Shown piece after piece: positions 1 to 7,690 of a DNA stretch of 12,443 nt. Position 1 is the stretch's first letter. Every line of letters begins with the position of its first letter. The notes under the pieces are model-generated. The model did not search any database, had not been told where the DNA came from, and was given only the letters and a program-made list of their open reading frames with translations. Made by a program: the position numbers and the translations under genes. The stretch is from IMG/VR virus record IMGVR_UViG_3300030339_000025; one strand, 5' to 3'. Origin of the DNA: a virus.

Positions 1-121
1 TTAACTGGTCTTTATAAAGTTCTTCGTCAAAGAAAACAACTACATCTTTAGTGTCGTTGATGAATTTGACTTTCCGATTTCTAACCTTGGTTTTCAATAT
101 ACTCTTTAATTGTTTTTTCAC
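1..121 (-). CDS. Partial ORF running off the left edge of the window. An open frame reads ...VKKQLKSILKTKVRNRKVKFINDTKDVVVFFDEELYKDQL and continues past position 1. It overlaps the 3' end of tnpA in another frame and has no ATG, only a possible GTG at 119-121.
   Basis: Manual translation of the - strand at 1-124. The frame is closed by a TAA at 122-124 and open through position 1. The residues look protein-like (charged), but no start or homology is identifiable. Confidence 0.25.
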   Translation of the reverse strand, partial: MKKQLKSILKTKVRNRKVKFINDTKDVVVFFDEELYKDQL

Positions 122-500
122 TTACATTTCCGATTGACGACACAAAATAACCATCCGACCAAAATGTTCTTTCATTCCAAAACTGATTGCGTAAATAAAC
201 ACCATACAACTTCCATATTTCAATCGTAGACATTTGCTTTAACCTATTTACTATCTGTAGTGGTGATACGGATGGTTGGGTTGAAACTAATATATGTATG
301 TGATCCTCATCACCACATTCCATCAAATCAATATCGAAATCATACCTTTTTGATATGTTAGTCAAAATCAATTTCATATCATCACTGATTGGTGTTTTTA
401 ATAACCTTTTCCTATATTTCACCACAAATATCATATGATATTTCAATAAATACTTGGAATGATTTTTTGTCTTATAATCCTCAAAAACCATCATAACCAT
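81..500 (-). CDS. tnpA: IS200/IS605-family transposase TnpA (HuH, Y1 single-strand DNA transposase)
   Basis: 139 aa. N-terminal YHMIFVVKYRKRLL, HuH motif HIHILV, and C-terminal catalytic Tyr context SEKTIKEYIENQ are all typical of IS200-like Y1 transposases. It is divergently oriented to tnpB, as in IS605. Confidence 0.9.
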   Translation of the reverse strand: MVMMVFEDYKTKNHSKYLLKYHMIFVVKYRKRLLKTPISDDMKLILTNISKRYDFDIDLMECGDEDHIHILVSTQPSVSPLQIVNRLKQMSTIEIWKLYGVYLRNQFWNERTFWSDGYFVSSIGNVSEKTIKEYIENQG

Positions 501-584
501 AACTCTATATATAAATAATTTTTAGAAAAAAACCATATTTTTTTAATTATATATAGTTATACAAAAACATTATAATTATCATAA

Positions 585-1829
585 ATGAAAGTAATTAAAT
601 ATACATATAAATTCAGGCTTGATCCTAATCAAGAACAACAAACCTTACTAAACAAGCATTTTGGCTCTGTTAGATGGACTTATAATTACTTTCTAAACCA
701 ACGAAAAACGGAATACCTTAATAACAAAAAATCATTAAACTATTACGACCAAGCAGCAGAACTAACCCAAATCAAAAAAGTTAATGAATGGCTGAAAGAA
801 ATTAATAGTCAAACATTACAATACTCTCTGAAATGTCTTGATATGGCTTACCAAGGTTTCTTTAATAAAAGAACCAAATTTCCTAATTTTAAGTCAAAAC
901 GAAACAAAAATTCATTTACTATACCACAAAATGTTAGATATGATGGAACTAAATTAATTGTTCCAAAATTTCTTGATGGAATAGAAATGATAATGGAAAG
1001 ACAAATTAAAGGCATTATAAAACATTGTAATATATCAAAAACTCCTACTGGAAAATACTTTGTATCAATTCTAACTGAACTTGAATATCAACCTGTTAGA
1101 AAGACAAACCAATCAGTAGGAATAGATTTAGGTATAAAAGACTTTTTAGTGTTATCTAATGGAACGAAAATCAAGAACCATAGATTTCTAAAACACTACG
1201 AAAGAATTTTAGCTGAAAATCAAAAATATCTATCAAGAAAAACCAAACAATCAAATCGTTACGAAAAACAACGACTAAAACTTGCTAGAATTTATGAGAA
1301 AGTTACCAATTCTAGAATGGATTTAATTCATAAAACAACTAATAATCTAATTCATAATTTTGATATTATTTATTTAGAAGATTTAAATATTAAAGGAATG
1401 AGTAAAAGGTGTAAGCCAAAGCAAGATGAAAATGGAAAGTATTTACCTAATAATCAATCGGCAAAATCAGGATTAAATAAATCTATTTTAGATGTTGCTT
1501 GGGGAACTTTCATAGATACACTTGAATACAAAGCATTGTGGAATGACAAACAAGTTATTCATATTGATAGGTTCTTTCCATCTTCTAAAGCCTGTTCTAA
1601 ATGTGGCTGGATTAATAATAATTTAACCTTGAAAGATAGAAATTGGATTTGTCCTAAATGTGGTGAAAAGCATGATAGAGATATAAATGCCGCAATCAAT
1701 ATCCTTAATGAAGGATATCGTAAAAATATATCAGATGGAACGTCTGATTACGAGCGTGGAGCAAAAATAAGACCAATTTCGACTGGCACAAGCAACGAAA
1801 CGCTTAAAAAGAAGGAACTCGTTTCCTGA
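585..1829 (+). CDS. tnpB: IS605 OrfB / TnpB RNA-guided endonuclease-family protein. Structural relative of Cas12; in a eukaryotic virus context it would be Fanzor-like.
   Basis: 414 aa. The N-terminus YKFRLDPNQEQQTLLNKHFGSVRWTYN matches the OrfB_IS605 N-domain. RuvC-I is D in VGIDLGIKDF, RuvC-II is E in IIYLEDLNIKG. The zinc finger is CSKCGW...CPKCGEKHD, followed by RuvC-III RDINAAINI. All catalytic residues are present. Confidence 0.9.
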   Translation: MKVIKYTYKFRLDPNQEQQTLLNKHFGSVRWTYNYFLNQRKTEYLNNKKSLNYYDQAAELTQIKKVNEWLKEINSQTLQYSLKCLDMAYQGFFNKRTKFPNFKSKRNKNSFTIPQNVRYDGTKLIVPKFLDGIEMIMERQIKGIIKHCNISKTPTGKYFVSILTELEYQPVRKTNQSVGIDLGIKDFLVLSNGTKIKNHRFLKHYERILAENQKYLSRKTKQSNRYEKQRLKLARIYEKVTNSRMDLIHKTTNNLIHNFDIIYLEDLNIKGMSKRCKPKQDENGKYLPNNQSAKSGLNKSILDVAWGTFIDTLEYKALWNDKQVIHIDRFFPSSKACSKCGWINNNLTLKDRNWICPKCGEKHDRDINAAINILNEGYRKNISDGTSDYERGAKIRPISTGTSNETLKKKELVS

Positions 1830-1831
1830 AA

Positions 1832-1850
1832 CTAAAATATTTTATTTTAG
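1832..1850 (+). terminator. Perfect hairpin ctaaaata-ttt-tattttag, 2 nt after the tnpB stop codon. Either a transcript-end hairpin or the subterminal right-end hairpin of the insertion sequence.
   Basis: 8-bp perfect inverted repeat with a 3-nt loop, read directly from the sequence. Confidence 0.4.
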
Positions 1851-1931
1851 TAGTTCATTTAGCATACATTGAAATTATCAAAAGTTAATTAATTTTAATT
1901 TTTGAGTAATAAAAAATTTTATATATAGAAT

Positions 1932-3989
1932 ATGAAAATAACACAAGGAGTTTTAAAATATTGCAAAATTTATAATGTTACATTTGAAGATAAGTATTCC
2001 AATATAAAAACTATAAAATCAATTGAAAATTTCGATTCAAAATTTTCAAGTAATTCAGGTACGTCTCAAACTTCTACTGTTTTATCCAATAATAATAGTT
2101 ATTATAACGTAGTTGAAGAGAGCAATATAAATAATGGTCGAATATTATATAATTGTGATGTTGAAAATGGCAGATTTTTAAATTCTACATTCTTATCATT
2201 AAATAATGCTAATCATATTACTGATGGATATTTTAGTGGCTGCACTTTTTCTGGTTATACTATCAATGGCGGGCAATTTTTTGATTGTACAATACATTCT
2301 GGATGTACTTGGAATAATGGACAATGGAACGATGGAACTTTCAATGTTAGTTGGACTGGTGGAGTTTGGAATAAAGGAATTTTTCCATTTTTAATTTGGC
2401 CCGCTGGTATTTTTAATGGCGGTATTTTTAAATTTCCATCTGTATGGATTACAGGCGTTGCAAATGGCGGAATTTTTAGTGGAATAACTTGGAATCATGG
2501 TTTAGTTCGTAATGGAGATTTTCTTGATTGCACATTTATGAGTGGTTCTTTTAATAATGGAAATTTTAGTGATGGAACATTTATTGGTGGTATTTTTAAT
2601 AATGGAAAAATGGATAATTCAGTTATTAGCGGAGGTATTTTTAATGATGGTACAATTTCAAATTGTACAGTTAGTGGCAATACAGAAATTAATGGTGGTG
2701 ATTTTTCAGATACAATTATAAATGATGGTAAAATTGTTAATATGAATGGTACAAATTTAATTGTAAATTATGGCAAGTTCTATAATGGCACTTATGATAC
2801 TATACAATTTATAACTGGAGATATATATAATGGTTTATATTTGAATTCATCTGGTATTACATCAGGTTTAACAATACATAATGGTACATTTAAGAAGAGT
2901 GCATTTTGGCTAACTAATATACATAATGGAAATTTTACAAATTGTTATTCAGAAAATGTAAAATGGGATTATGGTATTTATACTGAAGGCTCAATGATGT
3001 TTAATCTTCCTGGGAGTTATTGGAATGATGGCTATTGGAATGATGGCATATTTACTGCGATTGATCCTATAGTTAGTATTCTTTCAAATGTGCAATCAAT
3101 TGATGCAATTACTACTACAACAACTGCTGCACCAACAACTACAACTACAACTACGATAGCACCACATTATATTGGTGAAAAAGTCAGTACAAATGGCGTG
3201 ATTTATGGCACTATTTTTTATCTATATTCTGGAGGTAAAAGCGGATTAATTTCTGCTAATGTAGATACCGCCACGATTACAGATCCAGATAGTTTTTGGG
3301 CTAGTGGCTCTGGTGGATATCAAAGCACAGGAGGACGCGGCACATCAATAGGAACTGGGCAAGCAAATAGTACTGCTATGCTAGCACAGCCTAAAACTAA
3401 TGGGCATGTAATAAAATATTGTCATGACTTATCATTAGGTGGATTCACTGATTGGTTTCTTGGTTCAAAATATGAGGTATTAGCACAATATTCAAATAGA
3501 TCACTTATTGGCGGTTTTTCTAATAACGGATATTGGTCAAGTACAGAATCTAATTATGATCATAGTATTGCTATTAACTTTGGAAATGGAGTTGCAGATA
3601 CGTGGTTAAAACATGATCATTTTTATGTTCGTGCAATTCGCTTTTTTGATGATACAATTGGAACATATACAAATGTTATAATTGATAATACTTCAAACGA
3701 TATAATAATAAACGATGTACAAATTGGCAATTCTTCTATTTTTGGTGTTATTTTTCCTATATCTACTGGTTCACATTACGTAGGAACTACTACATTAAAT
3801 TCTGAACTAACTACATTGATGATAAATTTTTCTAATATAACAGATAATAATCAAAGTATAAGTGTAAATATTAACTCTGTAAATTATTGTTATAATATGC
3901 CACATTCACCTATAATATCAATTCCTATAAATTTTATTAAAGGTCAAAATATTAATATAAGTGCTATTAATGCTAATTGTGTGTTTTAA
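1932..3989 (+). CDS. Large repeat-rich putative surface, fibre or adhesin protein. The N-terminal ~350 aa are roughly 7-residue Gly/aromatic repeats (NGGIF, NDGTF, SGxF) suggesting a beta-solenoid. Then comes an oligo-Thr linker (TTTTTAAPTTTTTTTIAP), then a DUF1566/Fib_succ_major (Lcl C-terminal)-like domain, then an Ile/Asn-rich C-terminal domain.
   Basis: 685 aa. The DUF1566-like signatures are GGFTDWFLGSKYEVLAQY (W.LP..EL..L-like) and GYWSSTE...AINFGNG......YVRAIRFF (yWSST....vRcVR-like). The Thr run is encoded by the ACN-rich tract at about 3107-3165. Confidence 0.75.
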   Translation: MKITQGVLKYCKIYNVTFEDKYSNIKTIKSIENFDSKFSSNSGTSQTSTVLSNNNSYYNVVEESNINNGRILYNCDVENGRFLNSTFLSLNNANHITDGYFSGCTFSGYTINGGQFFDCTIHSGCTWNNGQWNDGTFNVSWTGGVWNKGIFPFLIWPAGIFNGGIFKFPSVWITGVANGGIFSGITWNHGLVRNGDFLDCTFMSGSFNNGNFSDGTFIGGIFNNGKMDNSVISGGIFNDGTISNCTVSGNTEINGGDFSDTIINDGKIVNMNGTNLIVNYGKFYNGTYDTIQFITGDIYNGLYLNSSGITSGLTIHNGTFKKSAFWLTNIHNGNFTNCYSENVKWDYGIYTEGSMMFNLPGSYWNDGYWNDGIFTAIDPIVSILSNVQSIDAITTTTTAAPTTTTTTTIAPHYIGEKVSTNGVIYGTIFYLYSGGKSGLISANVDTATITDPDSFWASGSGGYQSTGGRGTSIGTGQANSTAMLAQPKTNGHVIKYCHDLSLGGFTDWFLGSKYEVLAQYSNRSLIGGFSNNGYWSSTESNYDHSIAINFGNGVADTWLKHDHFYVRAIRFFDDTIGTYTNVIIDNTSNDIIINDVQIGNSSIFGVIFPISTGSHYVGTTTLNSELTTLMINFSNITDNNQSISVNINSVNYCYNMPHSPIISIPINFIKGQNINISAINANCVF

Positions 3990-4005
3990 AAAATAAAAAT
4001 AAAAA

Positions 4006-4422
4006 ATGACAGGAGTAACAATTAAAGAAGAAATTTTATCTGATAATAGTAGATTATATACAATTGTTGATGGATCTAGCTGTAAATTTGCGTCGTTTAA
4101 TTGGTATTTATTATCTGGTACAACAGTTACATTAGTAAGTACTGATAGTACGTACCTTCTTAAAGCAGTTGATGTTTCAGCACATATAGGTGATAAATTG
4201 AGAGTTATGGTAAATCAATATTCTGAAACATATTGGAATGGTGGTGAATTTTATGGCGGCAATTTCAGTGGTAATTTTGGTGGTGGGACATTTCATTATG
4301 GACAATTAAACGAATGTTTTTATATTAAACAAGAAATTAAACCAAAGCCATTTATTGAATATATTAATAAACCAACTGGACCCCAGAGTATAAAATCAGT
4401 AAATACTTCTAGTTTACTCTAA
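4006..4422 (+). CDS. Hypothetical protein carrying the same Gly/aromatic repeat type (YWNGGEFYGGNFSGNFGGGTFHYGQL) as the upstream large protein. Paralogous repeat module.
   Basis: 138 aa. The shared repeat consensus with 1932-3989 is visible by eye. The start lies 16 nt after the upstream stop. Confidence 0.6.
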   Translation: MTGVTIKEEILSDNSRLYTIVDGSSCKFASFNWYLLSGTTVTLVSTDSTYLLKAVDVSAHIGDKLRVMVNQYSETYWNGGEFYGGNFSGNFGGGTFHYGQLNECFYIKQEIKPKPFIEYINKPTGPQSIKSVNTSSLL

Positions 4423-4474
4423 TTAATTATTAAACTTATTTGTCATTATTTCATATAAATAAGAAAAAAATCTT

Positions 4475-5284
4475 ATGAAAAATATAGTTACGTTTATTAA
4501 AAAGTATTATGTCTTTTTATTATTTATTTTAGTGATTGCTTTATCTGTATTTTTATTCAGAACATTATCAACACTTAAGCAAGAACGTGCAGATAGAAAA
4601 TTTGAGCAAAAAATTGAAGCTCAAAATTTAAGTGCATTAAAAGATAGTATTACAACAGAATATGATAAAAAATTAAAAGCATATGTTTCTACTAGTGACA
4701 ATTTTGTTGTTAATAAATTATCAGATTTGGAGAAATATAATAAATCTTTAACTGATGAATTAAAAAAGATGAAGGGTGATATTTTATCAGTTATTGAATC
4801 CAAAATTCAAGCTGATCTTGGTGGAATTACAACTAAAAATGATTCTATTGTAGTATTAGATGAAAAAACAAATCATTATGGATTAAAATTTAATAGTCCA
4901 TATTCAGATGCTGGATTTCAACAAAAATTGATAGGTATGAGTAAATTTTATGTTATTCCAAATGAGACAACAAAAAAATGGACTATAACACCTGATGCAA
5001 CTATTTTTAGTACAAATTTAACTTCAATTGCTATAACTTATGGATTTGAAGACTTAAAAGATAAATATAAAGTCTTTGCTTATACAAAATCTGATAAAAT
5101 TAAAATAACTGATATAACTGGCGGATATTTTATTGATAAGCAAATAGTTAAACCAATAAAGAATAAAAAATGGGGAATTGGTCCTCAAATTGGATATGGT
5201 ATGAGCACTAATTCTAACTTAACTAATCCATCATTTGGATGGAATATTGGCATCGGTGTTCATTATGATATATTAAAATGGTAA
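4475..5284 (+). CDS. Signal-peptide or signal-anchor protein with a coiled-coil region and a Gly/aromatic C-terminus ending in W. Possible envelope or outer-membrane-associated protein.
   Basis: 269 aa. Hydrophobic N-terminus FIKKYYVFLLFILVIALSVFLF. KQERADRKFEQKIEAQNLSALKD heptad-like segment. C-terminus WGIGPQIGYGMS...FGWNIGIGVHYDILKW with an alternating hydrophobic pattern and a terminal aromatic residue. Confidence 0.65.
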   Translation: MKNIVTFIKKYYVFLLFILVIALSVFLFRTLSTLKQERADRKFEQKIEAQNLSALKDSITTEYDKKLKAYVSTSDNFVVNKLSDLEKYNKSLTDELKKMKGDILSVIESKIQADLGGITTKNDSIVVLDEKTNHYGLKFNSPYSDAGFQQKLIGMSKFYVIPNETTKKWTITPDATIFSTNLTSIAITYGFEDLKDKYKVFAYTKSDKIKITDITGGYFIDKQIVKPIKNKKWGIGPQIGYGMSTNSNLTNPSFGWNIGIGVHYDILKW

Positions 5285-5299
5285 AATAAAATAAAAAAT

Positions 5300-5506
5300 A
5301 TGATTAAAATTAACATTAGTTATTGGCTAGGTAGTTCACAATTTAAAAATTTGAAGTATAAACATGATGATGAGATTAAATATACTTTAGATAAGCAAAC
5401 AGAAATTATTAATGAATTGATTAATAAAGGGCTTAATGTTATGATTAGACCGTTTCCACATCATTTGATGATTTATATTGATGATAAAGGATTTCAAAAA
5501 AGGTAA
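5300..5506 (+). CDS. Small hypothetical protein (68 aa)
   Basis: The ORF follows the upstream stop after a 15-nt AT-only spacer, with an A-rich start context aaaaaatATG. Confidence 0.45.
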   Translation: MIKINISYWLGSSQFKNLKYKHDDEIKYTLDKQTEIINELINKGLNVMIRPFPHHLMIYIDDKGFQKR

Positions 5507-5530
5507 AAAAATTAAAAAAATTAAAATATT

Positions 5531-5797
5531 ATGAGTGATAGTGGTAGATATTATGTTACTGATATTGAATCAGGTAGGAAATTTTGTGTAGAGCCAATAG
5601 GTGTTAGCCATCCTGAATGGGGTGATGTTGATCCTGTAACTAAAAAAATGACTGGTTCTTATGGCGAAAAACATAAAGGATGCATTGATGAAAGTGAATC
5701 TATTATTACTGAAGAAAATGGATTTAAAAACATTGTTACATTACCTGCAGGTGAATCACCTGATAGTTATATTAATAATTTGTTAAAAAGAAAATAA
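5531..5797 (+). CDS. Small hypothetical protein (88 aa), Gly/Glu-rich
   Basis: ORF preceded by a 24-nt AT-only spacer. No recognisable motif. Confidence 0.5.
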   Translation: MSDSGRYYVTDIESGRKFCVEPIGVSHPEWGDVDPVTKKMTGSYGEKHKGCIDESESIITEENGFKNIVTLPAGESPDSYINNLLKRK

Positions 5798-5802
5798 AAA
5801 TT

Positions 5803-6273
5803 ATGTCAGAAGAAGTTAATTGGAATATAATGGGTGATAATAGAGAAATAAGAGTATTTACAATACCTGTTGGTAATTTAGATCGTAAAGAATCTGAAAA
5901 ACTAATTCAAGAAATAATGAACAAATATAAAGAATATTCATATGGTGATTATTGGCCTTCAATTAAAGAAGAAAATATTGTAGACAATCATTTTGGAAAT
6001 GATGGAAAAGATTTGGATGCAGATTATCATTATATAACTAAAGAAGAAATTTGGAATGAATTAACTGATGGCGAAAAAAAAGAAAGACAATTATCTAAAG
6101 AAGAGCAAGATGAAATTTTCAAAAAAACTGGATTTGTTGATTGGAATCAATATGATTTAGATTATCTTGTTGAATATTTAGAAAATAAATGGAAATATAA
6201 TAGTTCTGGTGAGGCTCTTGCAATATTCAAATTGATTGATTTTTATAAAACACATATAGAAAAATATAAATGA
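5803..6273 (+). CDS. Strongly acidic hypothetical protein (156 aa, many Asp/Glu plus aromatic residues)
   Basis: The start is 5 nt after the upstream stop. The composition is rich in E, D, Y and W: EEQDEIF, DLDADYHY, DWNQYDLDYLVEYLE. Confidence 0.55.
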   Translation: MSEEVNWNIMGDNREIRVFTIPVGNLDRKESEKLIQEIMNKYKEYSYGDYWPSIKEENIVDNHFGNDGKDLDADYHYITKEEIWNELTDGEKKERQLSKEEQDEIFKKTGFVDWNQYDLDYLVEYLENKWKYNSSGEALAIFKLIDFYKTHIEKYK

Positions 6274-6294
6274 AAAGTTGAGAAAGTATAATAT

Positions 6295-6324
6295 ATGAAA
6301 ATTCTATAATTTTTAAATTTTCAT
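6295..6324. terminator. Hairpin in the convergent intergenic spacer: atgaaaatt - 12-nt loop - aattttcat. Candidate bidirectional transcript-end hairpin.
   Basis: 9-bp perfect inverted repeat read from the sequence, located between the + block ending at 6273 and the - block ending at 6369. Confidence 0.4.
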
Positions 6325-6368
6325 TAATTAAAAAGATTAGGAAAGAAAAACTTGAAAAAATAAACAAA

Positions 6369-6659
6369 TTAGTGAATTAATTTTTCTAATTTTATCTTTC
6401 TTATAAATCTAATTCTTTTTTCTTTATCATATGCTATTTCTTGCAGCATTGATGATGTCATATCTGGTATTGTGCATTTTCTTTTATATTTACCACGATT
6501 TATTCTTTCAATAAATTCACAATTTATTAACATATTAATATAATTATCTATTGTTGACCCTCCTTTATCAATAATTTTCCTTTCAATTATTTCATTAGAA
6601 TTTATATAATTTCTAATTATTTCCCATTTGCTTATATTTTCAGGATAATTTATTTTCAT
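6369..6659 (-). CDS. 96-aa ORF in the same frame as the upstream homing-endonuclease fragment and separated from it by a single TAG codon. Either a C-extein remnant, a C-terminal extension of the homing endonuclease, or an independent small basic protein.
   Basis: 7139 and 6659 are in the same frame (480 nt apart). The sequence reads ...FITAN TAG ATA ATG AAA..., and the basic stretch GKYKRKCTIP follows. Confidence 0.4.
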   Translation of the reverse strand: MKINYPENISKWEIIRNYINSNEIIERKIIDKGGSTIDNYINMLINCEFIERINRGKYKRKCTIPDMTSSMLQEIAYDKEKRIRFIRKIKLEKLIH

Positions 6660-6662
6660 TAT

Positions 6663-7690
6663 CTAATTTGCAGTTATAAACATTTTTCCGTTTCTTCTAG
6701 CAATCCAAGTATTATATTTCTCCATTATTGGTGACCACATTACACCATCATAATATCCTTTTTGTATAATTGAATCTTTTGAATTTCTTAATAGTTTATG
6801 TGTTGATTCTGTTAATTGTGTATAATTAGCATAATTTTTAGAGAATATTCTATCTGCTGTATATCCAGCTAAAATACTTAATATTTGAGTTCTATCGTGA
6901 AAATCTTCATATTTTCCTCTTATAGCAAAAGATTTTGATGACCTTATACTACCATCACCATCTATAATTCCTTCTATTATTTTTTTTAATGTTTTTAAAT
7001 TTAAATTAAACATATTAAAATTAATTTTTTTATCTGGAATCAATTTTAAGAAAATATCTTTATATTTACTTCCAATTCTTATATCAATAACATCACAAAT
7101 TTGAATATCAGTATAATCATAAATATCAATTTTTTTCACAGATACTAGAGTGTCTTTATTTTTTTTTTATCACCATTATATCTATAGTATCGTTTTCTTT
7201 TACTATAAGTATATCCAATTTTTAAATTATTTAAACTATTTAAAATTTTATCAACAACATCATCATTCTTTGTATAATTTTGAGTAATTCCAATTCCATA
7301 TTTAACAATGTGACCATCTGTTATAATAATGCCTAACAAATATGCTAAATTTTCATCTATATTTTCAAAATTAGCAGTTCTTTTACAAGATGTTAAAATT
7401 TTATCATATTGTTTTAAATTTTCTGACTCACATATTTTTATTTTTCCATTATAATCTTCTATAACCATTTTATGACTTGGTGTTGAGATCATTGAAATTC
7501 TTCTACTATCAATAAATATAATAGGTCCATTATAATTATCTATTTTTATATTTTTTATTTTATCCCAAATTAAAAAATTTTCAATTATATCGTAAGATAA
7601 TACAAAATCGCCAATTATTAGTTCATTAAATTTTTTCCAACCATTTATAGTTAAACATTCAGTGTCTATATCTACGTAACTATTTTCCAC
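6663..7690 (-). pseudogene. Intein-like Hint domain with an embedded double-motif LAGLIDADG homing endonuclease. Split into two ORFs (7145-7690 and 6663-7139) in different frames. It ends with the intein-type terminal Asn immediately followed by TAG.
   Basis: Block A is CLTINGWKKFNELIIGDFVLSYD. Block B is ISTPSHKMVI (TxxH). LAGLIDADG motif 1 is LAYLLGIIITDGHI, in the first ORF. LAGLIDADG motif 2 is IIEGIIDGDGSI, in the second ORF. A block F/G-like C-terminus YYDG...NTWIARRNGKMFITAN is followed by a stop. The first ORF has no ATG (it begins with GTG), with an in-frame TGA at 7694-7696 only 11 codons upstream of the Cys. A T10 run lies at about 7158-7167, next to the frame break. Confidence 0.7.

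Larger units (their letters stand above)
60..1931 (+). mobile_element. IS200/IS605-family insertion sequence (tnpA-tnpB, IS605-like divergent arrangement). Exact left and right ends are not determined. The right end and omega-RNA region are expected in about 1650-1931.
   Basis: A complete tnpA plus a complete tnpB. There is a 102-nt non-coding tail after tnpB containing an AT hairpin (1832-1850). The next gene starts at 1932. Confidence 0.55.

Noticed and set aside
501-584. Mimivirus-type AAAATTGA early promoter motif upstream of genes
   Set aside because: I scanned the upstream regions of all starts and found no exact AAAATTGA. Only generic A-rich contexts were present.
2206-2394. 62-aa + strand ORF inside the large repeat protein gene
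   Set aside because: It lies wholly within 1932-3989 in another frame. The hydrophobic low-complexity translation is an artefact of AT-rich repeats.
2495-2680. 61-aa - strand ORF with PLLKIPP-like repeats
   Set aside because: It is antisense to the GxF repeat region. Its periodicity simply mirrors the sense-strand repeats.
4459-4476. Hairpin ataaga-aaaaaa-tcttat overlapping the ATG of 4475-5284 as a translational control element
   Set aside because: A 6-bp AT stem is too weak to call, and it may equally be the transcript-end hairpin of the upstream gene.
4621-4803. 60-aa - strand ORF
   Set aside because: Antisense to, and inside, the well-supported 4475-5284 gene. No motifs.
6663-6665. TAG after the intein-type terminal Asn as evidence of stop-codon reassignment
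   Set aside because: TAG clearly terminates tnpA, the methyltransferase and ORF 8594-8878 at sensible positions, so the window uses the standard code.
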